A stretch of 62,483 bases of DNA, the filler included, from Rhabdomonas costata (Eukaryota), in the NCBI GenBank assembly GCA_019059605.1. It is 14 parts of 14 records of this genome, joined end to end, with 100 filler letters (N's around TTAATTAATTAA, not from the genome) between each part and the next. Parts side by side here need not be neighbours in the genome. Positions count along the whole stretch, not along the records: positions 49,142 to 53,507 come from JAHMHO010000273.1; positions 53,608 to 58,062 come from JAHMHO010000274.1; positions 58,163 to 62,483 come from JAHMHO010000275.1; 11 more parts are not named here. One strand, given 5' to 3'. Positions 50,158-62,483 of this stretch are shown here, piece by piece; within the stretch, counting starts at the first letter, position 1, and each line of letters opens with the position of its first letter. Position numbers and translations under genes: made by a program. Below the pieces are notes generated by a model that was not told where the DNA came from, made no database searches, and was given only the letters and a program-made list of their open reading frames with translations.

Positions 50158-51356
50158 GATGTGATGTTTGATGCTGGAGCACGAGATGCAAAAGTAACCG
50201 CCAACCAGTAGGAACGACCTATTCATTAAAAAACATGATTGATGATGATTGTGAATCTGATTGCATCTAACTCTGTTCTTCCTTTCTTCTTTCTGTGCAG
50301 ATTGACATTCTGAAAACATCTTTTTCTAAATTGAGTAGGACACAAAACTAAGACAACCACCGCGCTGACAACATGATCACATGCTCTGTTTCTTGGGTTT
50401 GGGCACCCCCTTCCCCACCAAACCCACCCAACCGCCTTACAAAGCCCAACCACTCTCTGCCTCTCACTCTCTGCCTCTCCTTCCGGCAGTATCAGTTACC
50501 TTCCCCTCTCAGCACCGCAGTTCACCTGGACACCGCCACCGGGTGGATTTTACAATTGAAACGGTTGGTCGAACGACACTGCAGGAGGGGGGGGTGCAGA
50601 GGTGGCGATACACGCGCTCATCAGTGTGGTCACTCTGACAAGACCAAAAAAGTTCAAGCATTGTTGGATTAAGCAATTGCCGGAATTTTTCTAACCTAAG
50701 TAATAAGAAGACAGCTGACCTCTTCCTTCGCTCCCAATCCCGCTCAGGTGGCTCTCTGGGAACGGATCGTCTCTTCCTCAAGCCACCTTGCGTAACCTCC
50801 CAATCCGTATTTTATTCTTCCAAATTTTTGCTGCCTGTGCACCCCTTGCACGTTGTTGGCGTCCTCAACAGGGGCATCATGGTGTTTGCTCGTTTGTGAA
50901 CGCTCTCATCACGGGTTCCATGTAAACGTCCTGCTTTGCCTTCCTGTTTCCATTGCCTTTTCTTTCCCTTACTTTCAGAGGCTCTGTGAAATAAGGTTAT
51001 GGTTCCTTTCCGCCGGCCACGTCTATTGTTTTGATTTGCGTGGGAAGTTTTGACCCTTCTGCGGCCGTATGAATTTTCTGCCCTTCACCACCACGACGCC
51101 TTTGATTGGTGTTTGTTTATAAGCTGTTTGTAAGCTGTTCTTCGACTTAAGCCCCCGTGGGAACTGGCGCAGGCCCTTCTTGCTTCAAAAAAAAAGTATT
51201 AAGCATTTCCGAGCCTACCGGTCACGTCACCCCGGTTCCTTAGAGGAGTGTAACTCGGCGTTGTAATGCCGGGGTTGGGTTTGCGAAGGCGGTGGGGCGA
51301 CAACTGGCCAACAATGTGGTGTTGGCAGTAAGTCCCCCCCCTTCCCCTCCACTCCC

Positions 51357-51737
51357 TATGGTTCGTATGGTTCGTTCCAGTTCAGAGTGATGCCGTTTGG
51401 GTTGTGCAATGCCCCAGCCACGTTCCAGAGAACAATGGATTTCATTTTAGAGGACTTGAGAGAGAGAACAGGGGCGTATGTGGATGACATTTTGGTCCAC
51501 ACGGATACGTTGGACGCCCATGTAGAAGCTTTGAGGGTGTTGTACCAGAGATTAGACCGAGAGAAGCTGTATGCTAATCCAGAGAAGTGCATGTTCGCCC
51601 AACAAGAGGTGGAGTATTGTGGATTTATTGTGGGGAGAAATGGGATCAGGCCCCAGCCGAGGAAGTTAATGGCAGTGTACAAGTGGCCGCAGTTGCGGAA
51701 CCATACAGAGGGGAAGAGTTTTATCGGGTTAGACTAG
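51357..51737 (+). mobile_element. Ty3/Gypsy reverse transcriptase fragment
   Basis: FQFRVMPFGLCNAPATFQRTMD...AYVDDILV...KCMFAQQEVEYCGFIV. Confidence 0.92.
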
Positions 51738-53826
51738 AGTACACTCATGTGGGTTTTGTTGTACCTTTGTGCTTTCTACTCCGCCCTCTATGCTGCTGCT
51801 CTTTTCTTTGCTCCTCTCGCTCCGCACGCGTTTTCTGCCCGCCCGCACTCTTCGCACTCAATCTCGGAAGCGACACTGACACGCACTTCCACATTCTCAC
51901 CCTCCCATCTCCTCCTTCCGACCTATCCTTACCAGCCTCTTCAGCTCTGTTCCCGCATCCGCGCTCATCCTCTCCCCTTTCAGTTTTTATCTCCTTTTGC
52001 TCTTCTCCTGTTAATATTGATGCTCCTTTGTGTCCCCCGCTCACCCGTGCTGCCAAATCGACCCAAACCGTTTTGTTTCCCCACCCACTTTTGCGAGTTC
52101 CGAAACTTTTCTTGAGCTGGCCTTTTTGCCATACACACTGGGTTTTCTTGCGTTTATTCTTGTAAAAGCTGTTTGGTGCTGACCCTGCTACTGCAAGAAC
52201 TTTGTGCCGCAGTGCTATGACTCATCACAGGGCATCATAAAAATGAAACCTGTATAATTCTCCCTTCCTACCAACCCACTCACAAACCCGAAAAACGACG
52301 AAGTTGACGTAGAACATAAAAACGCTGCACTTCTCAACCTTCACAATCACAGAGGGTGCTAACCGCAAAGGTCAATATTAAATCAGGTTGACGAAGGATT
52401 AGATTCGGATGTTTCCCAAAAATTTTTTTGATATGTTTCAAATGGCGACCTGTCACACAAGGGATGGGAACCCGACAAAAAAATGTTAGATCGACAAGTA
52501 AGGGGTCAACTTTGACGCTGACCAATTGATCCATTATTTGCATTTATTCATCATCAATGCTTCCACTGTATATAACGCATGCACAGAAAATGCAATTCAC
52601 ACCAGATCCTTCCCATCAAAAGACAATCCCAGCAGATAAACCCCTTCTTCAGAGTTTCTCATTTCTGCGTCAAAGTACCAAGGCATGGAGGGAAAACGCC
52701 GAAGACTCGTCGGTGTCCGCGCGAAGCCAGTCCCGAGAGAGCCTTGGGCCGGAAAGCCTGGGGCTGATGTCCTCGCCACCAACACCAATAATAGGAGCTG
52801 CCGCATTGTGAAGCACAGGTTCAAACTGCACCTTATTGATTTGGAAAGACGCGATTGCCCATTCACCAAACCGTAGTCACGTACAAACATCTCCAATCTC
52901 CGACTGCCCTTCAGGTCGCGAATACTGGCACTGCAGAAACAGAAGAGGTCATCCCCCCTATTCTACCGCAACACACAAACAAAGCACTATGCGTCGTTCT
53001 TCCGTATATCGGTACATCGCCGTCCCCTTAGAGTTAAAGGAAGCAGGTTCAGCGCTTAGACAAAGGACTAGGAAGGTTGGTGTACCGAAAAGATAATACA
53101 CATAAAAAAAGTTAAAAATTTAAGTGAAAAACGACAAGACCCTTTGTTTAATTTTTCTTTAATCTTTTTCTAATCTTTTACCCTGGGAGCGATCCAGGGT
53201 CAAGCGCGAGGGAGTGGCGACGGAAGCTTTGACTGGGGGATGGATCAAACTGCTTCAAAATGACGCAACCAACAGAAACGCATTTTGGTGTTGTGTGGCT
53301 GAAGGGAGGCCGGGGAAACACAAACAACGGGGAATGAAGTGTACTTCCACAGAGTCGGTACAACAAAAGAGCATCCATACGGGCCGGAAGGAATAGTGGA
53401 ATAGAGGCGGGGAGATGAGCCAGAACGAGCCGAAGGAGTGCGAATGAGCGGGGAAGGGGGTTCTACGGTCTATCCAGCAGACCCAGTTTTCACAAGCGGA
53501 GGAACCCNNNNNNNNNNNNNNNNNNNNNNNNNNNNNNNNNNNNNNNNNNNNTTAATTAATTAANNNNNNNNNNNNNNNNNNNNNNNNNNNNNNNNNNNNN
53601 NNNNNNNCTCTTTGCGTTGTAAATGTCGGTAAACATGTGCAAATAATTTTAAGTGATTACCAAGGCATTTTCGGAAGTGGAGTCATTAGTGGCGGTTATG
53701 AAAGAAACACTTTTTATTTGGCTTGGATTGGGAATGCTGGGGAGAGAACTTTTCCGAGGAGCCAGATTTATGTCTTGGTTTCTTCTTAGTGAGAGAATGA
53801 GTTTCGTCGTGCATCTTGAGAATCGT

Positions 53827-53871
53827 CACCACCACCACCACCATCACCACCACCACCACCACCACCACCAC
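53827..53871. repeat. (CAC)n trinucleotide microsatellite
   Basis: Directly visible. Confidence 0.95.
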
Positions 53872-55490
53872 GGAGCCCACCTTCCTGCTTGTCCTTACCC
53901 CTTACGTTTTTCTTTTCCCAAGGGACGTTTTGTCCCACTGGACCATGGTGGGCTGAATGCTGTGAATTCTGGCAAGCACTGGCCGCAACGTGTGGGTACG
54001 TTTGTATCCCTTCTTCGCAGGTGTTCCCGGGGTTCAACCACGGGGCCCCGTTTCCATACTGGTCCTCCCCATCCCTTACCCGAGCGGCCTCCTTGCTGGC
54101 GCTGGCAAAGGCAGTCGTGCTCTCAAGGGTCCCAGCCCCAAGCCAAGAATAAATGCTTGTTGTTCAAAAGCTGTTCCTCCCTTTCCTCTTGGAGACCTGT
54201 GTGTATGTGAATCTCCACGTCCGCAAGGATCGCGCAACCACACCCCACTCCACCCCCACCGCGGCTCAGCCTTTCGATTAAATTTACGGCCATTACTGCA
54301 CAATTGCCCTCCTTTCACGGTCAATGCACTTCATTTGGGTTTGGTCGACTTCTAAGATGGATGATCGTGTTGGGGGAGAGATTTCGTGTATTCTAATTTC
54401 CCTGCTCCATCGTACTTTTCTTTTTCGGGTTGTTTGAGTTGTAAGTGTACGTTTGTTGGCCTTTCGAAAAATTGTTTTAGCGAGGCGAAAAAACGGTGTC
54501 ACGGTGGCAGCCCCCTTCCCTTCGATATCCCTGCACGCACCCAGTTACTGCGCTTGTGGGTTTCCATGCAATGCTGTCCGTGTGCATCGCTGAAGATTCT
54601 GCCCCTTCCCTCTCCCTATCGAGAAAAGTTTTATCCCCTTGTTTAATGCTGTTCCCACCCAAGTGTGGTGTTTGCATTATTCCCTGGCGTTCGGAACATA
54701 ATTCGCATCCTCTCCGTGCACTCGGTTGGAACCGTTGCTGCAGTTTGGTTTGCAGTTGGCTGGTGGAAGGTGCATGGACCGAGGATCCAGTTGAAAAACG
54801 AAGGAGTGTTGGAGTGAGCATATGACATCGAAAATCTCCCGTCTTTTGAGATAATCGCAACATTCAGTTGCGCAAAAAAGGTCCTTCAGTTTATGATCGC
54901 GAGACTTCTGGTGGGAGTTGGTTTGCTTCAGTCCAATAACCCACCAAACAACTTCCCTGTGGAAATGAATGGATTCCGTCTACAAGCAGTGCCGAGGACA
55001 TTTGGCAGCTGCCGGAACCGGAATCCTTCGCCCGGTTAGCACCGACGCGGGAGGACCACACAGACCCATCCTCCTGCTGTATGTATGTATGCGTGTATGT
55101 ATGCCCTGCTGTCGGTCGGGTTGGCTACTGCTGATTTGTCCAAGCGAACAGGTGCTGTTTGTGTGGCTGACTTTCCCCGCTTCTAATTCGGAGTGCAATG
55201 GGTGCTAAAGAAATAATGTGAGCGAAGAAGAAAGGAAAAGGGAACCTCACATTGTTCGCAGCAGGCACACGCTAACTTACATCAGCGCCACGCGCAATGT
55301 CACTGAAGATGATACTCCAGTTTACAATGGATGGGTGATGCCTCTTTGAGTGTGTTCCTCCACTCTTGTGTCTGCCTCCCGCATGCAAGCACGCGCACTT
55401 CCTCCTCTCCGGTTTTCGCTCTGGTCTTTGGGAAGAATATCAATAAAGCAGTTTCCCACGAATTTTTATCGCTCCCTCTTTATGTCTGAA

Positions 55491-57909
55491 GAAAATGTTG
55501 CTGAGTTGCCGGGTTGTGTTTGAAAAGGTGAACGACGCCGCGGAGGCTGTGTTGGCCCATCACTGGCATGGCGCGCACGAGGACGTCCCCGTGTTTGCTT
55601 TCTGGAAGGAGGTGAACCGCAGCGGCTCGTGGGTGACGCACCCCACCAACCTGAAGGAAGCCTTCCATCACGTCTCCTCAGGCGAACTGAACGGTGCGCG
55701 GGTGCCGTGGTGGTTGCGTTGAGAAGGGGGAAGGGGACCCCACCTGGCACCACCTCTCCGCTTCACTCGTGCATGCAATATAGGGGCCTCAACTCCGCCA
55801 GTTTCGCAGAACATTAGCCCGCGTTTATTGCTTTTGCTGGGTTGGGTCTTCGCGGTTTGTTTAAGACAAGAAAGACCACTGCAGCGTCTGATGTGGTGTG
55901 CACGCTGAGAATGCGTTTACTGCTGAAAGGGTTCCATTTTGTCGGGAAGGGGAAGGGTTTCATTTCTCACAGCTACATGCTGCCTCCGCTCCATTGTAGT
56001 GTGCTGTTAGAATTTGCTCAGCGACAAGTCTAGTTCTCCAAAACACGAGCTCTGCCTTTTACCTGGCAAGCACGTACAGTNNNNNNNNNNNNNNNNNNNN
56101 NNNNNNNNNNNNNNNNNNNNNNNNNNNNNNNNNNNNNNNNNNNNNNNNNNNNNNNNNNNNNNNNNNNNNNNNNNNNNNNNNNNNNNNNNNNNNNNNNNNN
56201 NNNNNNNNNNNNNNNNNNNNNNNNNNNNNNNNNNNNNNNNNNNNNNNNNNNNNNNNNNNNNNNNNNNNNNNNNNNNNNNNNNNNNNNNNNNNNNNNNNNN
56301 NNNNNNNNNNNNNNNNNNNNNNNNNNNNNNNNNNNNNNNNNNNNNNNNNNNNNNNNNNNNNNNNNNNNNNNNNNNNNNNNNNNNNNNNNNNNNNNNNNNN
56401 NNNNNNNNNNNNNNNNNNNNNNNNNNNNNNNNNNNNNNNNNNNNNNNNNNNNNNNNNNNNNNNNNNNNNNNNNNNNNNNNNNNNNNNNNNNNNNNNNNNN
56501 NNNNNNNNNNNNNNNNNNNNNNNNNNNNNNNNNNNNNNNNNNNNNNNNNNNNNNNNNNNNNNNNNNNNNNNNNNNNNNNNNNNNNNNNNNNNNNNNNNNN
56601 NNNNNNNNNNNNNNNNNNNNNNNNNNNNNNNNNNNNNNNNNNNNNNNNNNNNNNNNNNNNNNNNNNNNNNNNNNNNNNNNNNNNNNNNNNNNNNNNNNNN
56701 NNNNNNNNNNNNNNNNNNNNNNNNNNNNNNNNNNNNNNNNNNNNNNNNNNNNNNNNNNNNNNNNNNNNNNNNNNNNNNNNNNNNNNNNNNNNNNNNNNNN
56801 NNNNNNNNNNNNNNNNNNNNNNNNNNNNNNNNNNNNNNNNNNNNNNNNNNNNNNNNNNNNNNNNNNNNNNNNNNNNNNNNNNNNNNNNNNNNNNNNCACC
56901 ATTCTCTCCAACGGTACCTCTCGCGAGCACCCGTGGCCAACAGCGCGTGCGCCTGTCAGTCCCCAGTGGTCACCAACAGTCAACCAGGCAACGCCAGCGC
57001 GCTATGCGCCCAACACACATACACCGCACACATAGACACGGATTTCACGCCAGCGGCGGTGGTGTTCCCAGAACTCGAACGCTGCCCCCGGGCTCGCGCA
57101 AAAAAGGAGAAGGTGCGCTAATCCCGAGCGAGCCGAACACAGGGTAAAACAGCTGGCTTAGGGAAAGGGTACGACCAGACACTGGGGAGGAAACCCCCCG
57201 CAACCCGATTGACGCTTTCACCTCTTATGGCGGGTTTACGCCAGGCAGAGCCCTTCTAGGATGCCCTTCCCCCCTTCATCACCAGGGGCACGCACACACA
57301 TACACACGCTCGCAGCCTTTTTGTGTCTTGCGGGGGGCAGAGGGCGGACTCAGCACACACCGGGTGATGGGCGAATTTAGAACTGGAACATAAATATTTC
57401 CTTGTGGGCGCATCCCAAGCAAGCGTTTGGGATCATTATGTAAATTTGGCCTCTTAGTCGCTGTGTGGCCGGGTTCTTACCTTCTGCCCCAGGGCGGCAT
57501 TAAAAAGAACGTTTCTGCCGCTGCATACCCCACGCAGCGGGAGCAGCCCTAGGCAGTCACCAGTCACAGCAGCACCAAGTCGCTAAGTCGCTTCTGTTGA
57601 CGAACCCCGACCCCTGCGAAGATGGGAGTTCAGAGAGGTCCCGTTGCTCGCGGTGTAGAATTCTGTGCCTGGATTTCAGGTCTTTTCAAGAGGTACGCCT
57701 ACCGACCGTTCTCGCGCGACCCAGAGGCCTCTCTAATTGACCCGCGGAGCTACTACTGGCTGCGGGAGTTTCTGTGGAGGCAGGCCTCTGCCCGGCGGCG
57801 TGGAGGCCCGTCCTCTGTGGCTCTGATCACGACGTGGATGATGAGCACCGAGGAGTGTCGTTGGAGCACCAGGGGAGGCGTTCAGATTCCGTTCAACGTC
57901 AACAACGTG
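55491..57909 (+). CDS. Exons (about 55491-55695 and 57692-57909) of an uncharacterised conserved protein spanning an internal N gap
   Basis: VFAFWKEVNRSGSWVTHPTNL and LIDPRSYYWLREFL...ALITTW...IPFNVNNV|GTAATG, with GC3-rich codons. The motifs recall a eukaryotic unknown-function family (from memory, unverified). Confidence 0.55.
56897..57030 (+). repeat. Second copy of the dispersed SINE-like repeat
   Basis: Matches 42611-42745. Confidence 0.8.
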
Positions 57910-58604
57910 GTAATGCGATTAAATTTATTTTTTTCTGTAGTGTAGTTGCTCTTTCGTTGTTTCCTGTGCGCTCGCATCAAGCACCATTATCTCCTGATGT
58001 TTTCCTCCTTCGTGTCTTCCGTCCATCGTTTTCTGGAACAATTCTAGACCGCCTGATTTCTTNNNNNNNNNNNNNNNNNNNNNNNNNNNNNNNNNNNNNN
58101 NNNNNNTTAATTAATTAANNNNNNNNNNNNNNNNNNNNNNNNNNNNNNNNNNNNNNNNNNNNGGGGTTGGGTAAGGCGCAGGCCGATGGCACATAGCGTT
58201 CAGAAAAGGTCCGGCGTGTTGCCACAAGGATTTTGGCGCGGTGGGCAGGCTCAAAAAGTGCAGACGCGATCCCTGTGCAGAATACATAGGGGTGGACAGA
58301 AACGCAGAGAATGCAAGACCGTCGGGGGGAGGGGTAATTGACGTAATTAACCTCCATTGAGTTTGCTAGTGCTCTTAAATCCTGAGAGTTTGATCGAATT
58401 ATGCTCAGAGGGTCTGAAATACCATATGATGAAGTCATATCAATTTGGGTGTTAAGGAGAGACGCAGAGAGACGTCTACACGTACACGCAACCCCAAAAC
58501 CACCAAAAGAACCCATCACAGTTTACCAGACCACCTTCCACTGATATAAAGTCGGTTCGTGTGTGCAGTGGCATAATTCAACGCACGCTTTTCAAGAAAG
58601 CAAA

Positions 58605-58870
58605 GGCGCTGGTCAATTATACAGCCCCCCCCCTTCACAATTATACAGCCCCAACAGGAAAAAGCATCAAGTCAAATATACAGCCCCCTCAACAGAAGTC
58701 TTCTTACGAGTGCCAATAGAAAATTTGCAGGGGTGGTGATGCACGTGTCCCCTGGGATTCGATGGCTTGTGGTAGCTTTCGAGGATCTCCAGGATAGCTT
58801 GATCCAAGATCATAGGTGCTGTTTCAATCCTAGCTGGTTTCGATGGAGGGCTGTATAATTGACCTTCGCC
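58605..58870. mobile_element. MITE-like element with TIRs and subterminal CAATTATACAGCCCC repeats
   Basis: GGTCAATTATACAGCCC at about 58611 pairs with GGGCTGTATAATTGACC at about 58848. The motif recurs directly at about 58638 and 58673. Confidence 0.6.
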
Positions 58871-60045
58871 AAGGTAAATTAACAAAAATATTGATATACT
58901 TACTTACTTGCCAAAGGCAAGGTTTTGGTAACTGGTAACCAGGATTAGTGCCTTCACCTCAATTGGGCAAAGAGTTGGAACAAGGTTGTAGCCAGAGGAA
59001 GACATCTCTATAAAAAACGAAAACAAAAAATCCTTCTCTTTTCTACAAGGAAGCTGAAAAGCCGATGGAGAATTCACCAATGAGTAACCGCTGCCTGCTA
59101 GTACTGCGCATCAGCGGGACCCAAGAGGAAGCCGGGCGCAATATACAGGTACACGAAAATATGGCAGCAACGAGAAGTGTAAAATGCCACCAGCTCGGGA
59201 ATTTTTTTGAAGGTTGGTTGGATACACAGGGCAGTCAATGGAACAGAATACAGAAGAATACAGAAGAGATACGCGGGAAACCACGCAGAATAAACTGCTG
59301 CTCAGGAGGACGAAAACCAAGCACTTTCCCCCGGACACGCTTGAGAAATAACCGAGGGATACCCGGAAACGTTACGTGGCGGAGCACGTGAATACATTCA
59401 CCAATGATGTCGGGGCGTCCTTTACACCGCTGTGGGCCGGGGGCTTGCAGGGACTATCCGCTCGAGACAACTGTTGCGCGTAAAGCAGAAAAAGAGAAAC
59501 AGGTAAAACAGAAAATGGAGAAACGCTGCAAGTTTCAACGCACCATTTCTCGGGTTCACAAAGCGTGCAACAAAGAGGTGGGGAGCTAAGCAGCTACTGG
59601 TCCTATTTTTTTGAATAGGAAAAAGGTGAATAGACACTAACAAAAGAATAGCTGCCCCACAGTTTTTCGGCCCTCGTTTCCAATATATGACCCGAGCATT
59701 CTACAGCTTGAGCATGACATTCTCAAGACCTCAAACTCACAACTGCCGTTGTGGGAAGAAAAACTTCGGCAGAAGCACCGCTCAGCAAGCCGAGTGCAGT
59801 TCTTCTATGTTATGTCACTATCATGTGCAGGTTTTTGTTTCTACTATCGAATTCCATTCTTGCTCTTAGTACACCTGAACCCCACACATTTCAATGCTTC
59901 ATCATGGCGGCACTGGCACTGTATTCCTCTCCTTTTTGGGAATTCCAGCGTTTAACTGCCCGCTCCGTCCGTCCGCAGTTCGCCGCGCTGGCCTCCTTGG
60001 ATAGCACATCTCTCACCCGTTACGACGAGCCAGAAGCGGTGCTCC

Positions 60046-61858
60046 CTAATCCCACCCCCCAAACACGAGTGTGTCCCCCAGGACTGCAGGAACCTCCAGC
60101 TCGGGCTTCTGCTTCTTCTGCTGCTGCTCATCTCGGGCCAGATCCCTGGCTCCCCACCACCTCCTCTCAACATAGAGAACCATGTAGACAAGGCTGAGAA
60201 GAGCGGGAACCTCCACCAAAGCTCCAACGGTGGCTGCCAGAACTTCCTAAAGCAAAAGGGGAGGCAGTTAACGCGGTCCTCGCAAGAATTGCGGTTTAGG
60301 CAGGAAGCAGACAAGAAATGCAGGGGAGAACTGAACTCCAACGATCGGCAACAGGCGACAGAGACGAAGAGCGGTTGGTACGCAGCCAGAACTTGCATCG
60401 TTTATGTGCTACCAGCCTATGACATCTTTCACACTTCAAAGGTACGGTTGAAACAGGGTTGGTACATACTAGCAGACATATGGAAATCGTGGGTGGCAAC
60501 CATTTGCGCAGTGAGGGTATTTTCCAAGTCCAAGGTACGTGATTGGTATGATGTGGTAGAAGAGCAGTGAATTCAGGTTATTCTACATTGTCCAGCAGTC
60601 GTGATACGGGGCACGTTAAATACGGAAGCGGACAGTTCGAGCCTTCGCAGAAAGCAGTGAGAAGCGGTACTGTACGTATCGTTGCCATGGTTTGGTATGG
60701 CCACACCTGAGAGGAGACTCCGAAGACGGCTGCGCAGACGGCAATCGCCAACTCAAAATTGTTGCTGGCCGCCGTGAAGGCCTGAGTGACGGCCAGAGGG
60801 TAGGCCACGGCGGTGAACCAGCAGAATGCAAGGGAGCCCATGAAGAGGAGCAGGAAGTACAGCAACATCGGGACAGCCACTCGGGCCACACTGCCCACCT
60901 CGGAGACAACTCGGTTCCCCTGAGCGGCGAAAAAGACGATGATGATGTACAGCAAAGCCACAAGGGACACGGGCTCAAAGAACTTCATGAACCGCTCCTC
61001 CAACCAGTCCTGCCCCTTGACACGGAGAATTGCCACCCGCAGCACCACTCCAGCGCCCAGCGGAACGCCCAGGAACACCAGTACGCTGCGGCAAATCCGC
61101 CAGAACAGCTCCCCGGAGATCCCAACGGATGGCCCCACGTAGGCCACAGCGAAGGGTGCATAGAGCACCATCTGCAGGGCGGAGTTCAGGGCCACCAGAA
61201 GGGCACCCATTTCGGAGCTGCCCCCGGCAAGCTCGTTCCAGATCAACACCATGGCGATGCACCGCGCCAGGCCAACCATGATGACTCCATTGCGGTAGTG
61301 TGGAAGATCGGGGAGACAGGCCCATGCCAGGCCAGTCATTGTGGCCGGACCCACGCCCCAGTTTAGGGTGAAGGAGACCACGAGGTGCCGCGCGAAGCCC
61401 CGGGAGCGGAGCATTGTGCCGAGCAGCTCGTACCGAACCTTGGTCAGCACCGGAAGCATCATGAACCACAGTCCCATAGCCACGGATAACGGGACATCGC
61501 ACAGGTGGACAGTCTCAGGACCCCCGAGCGCGTCCCTGGCGTCAGAAGAATACACCCCAAGCAGCACACCCCCAACCATGGCCAGTAGAACCCATAAGGG
61601 AAGCAGCCGATCAAGAAGGGAGAGGCCTGCACGCTGGCAAGGCCTCCCCTCGATTGGTTTGGCGACCGCTGGGTCCGCGGAAGGGCACGCCACGGCAGTG
61701 CCCTCGGGGAGCACAGCCACTGCTCTGGTGTCTTCGCAGTCCACATTTGCAGGGACTGGGGTCGGAGATGAAGGGAGTGGTAGTTTCGGGGTGTCAGTCT
61801 CACCACAAAGGAGGTTTTCGGAGCTTTGGACAATGGTCTCGACTCCATGTTCCGTCAT
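60046..61858 (-). CDS. ACR3: ACR3-family arsenite/antimonite efflux transporter
   Basis: Exon 60707-61858 (LDRLLPLWVLLAM, LNWGVGP, GLARCIAMVLIWNELAGG, AASNNFELAIAV) splices GT-AG to 60046-60246 (LAATVGALVEVP...TAG). About 450 aa. Confidence 0.93.
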
Positions 61859-62483
61859 GGGGAGTTTTTCCGCATACTAAATAGAATAGAAAAGCTATAA
61901 ATCAGTTGAGGAGAGCCAGAACCCTGCTAATATCCCAGATATACCAAAAGGCCAGACCTACCTCTCGACCCATGAAGGACTGTGATTTACTTGTACAGTG
62001 GGCTACGTCCTCAAAGTGCATCCGAGCCCCCCCTCTCGTTGAACTGAAGAGTGTAAACACAAAAATGGACACGTTTCTTTCAGACAGCAAGGGAACACAT
62101 ATCACCCATCCAGCCTGCTTGCAGGTGAGGTGCTCCAGGGAACATGTCCATTTCAAAAAATCAGAAATTGTTTTGTTGCTTCCTGCGCTCATGCTCATCG
62201 CACACTGCTCGATGTGCCCTCTCCTTGTCCCCTTCTTCGCAACCTCCGATTTCTCTTTCCAGTTTCACTCAGCTTTTGTCTTTTGCATCCCTCTTCACAT
62301 CTTTTCGTATTCCTTGTTGTAAATTGTCTGCTTGTTGCTGAACTCCAGCCCCTGCAAGATTCTGATTCTGTGACTGTGCCACAGCGCCGTGATTTTTGAA
62401 CTGCTAAAAAATCATCAGAGAACATTTATTTGCCATCCGTTTTGCCTTTGTTGGGCAATTCGTTCCCTTGATAACAAAACACA

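Noticed and set aside
53653-54210. ORF with a poly-His tract
   Set aside because: It derives from a (CAC)n microsatellite in probable intronic DNA, with no other coding signal.
56007-57147. Long ORFs of 293-377 aa in the ORF track
   Set aside because: They are artefacts of translating the ~816-nt N gap.

Overview
This is eukaryotic (most likely protist) genomic DNA. It is not one locus: 14 separate contigs of about 4.3-4.5 kb are joined by artificial 100-nt spacers (44 N + TTAATTAATTAA + 44 N), so adjacency across spacers has no biological meaning. The contigs hold intron-rich gene pieces: an F-box/Kelch protein, a VAMP7-like R-SNARE, an isochorismatase-domain protein, a YeeE/YedE transporter, a saccharopine-dehydrogenase-like oxidoreductase, a Cache-domain histidine kinase with an in-frame TAA, pyruvate carboxylase, a small CxxC protein, an intronless glycosyltransferase-like gene, a Leu/Pro/His repeat protein, histone H3 and ACR3. 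They also hold decayed Ty3/Gypsy and DIRS-like retroelements, an LTR repeat family and several MITE-like inverted repeats. The most striking unexplained feature is a non-coding array of about 12 hairpins at 16699-17250. These fold only on the + strand, using GNA triloops and tandem sheared G.A pairs, and their stems covary, which suggests a functional single-stranded-DNA structure. All protein assignments come from motif recognition by eye, with no database search.
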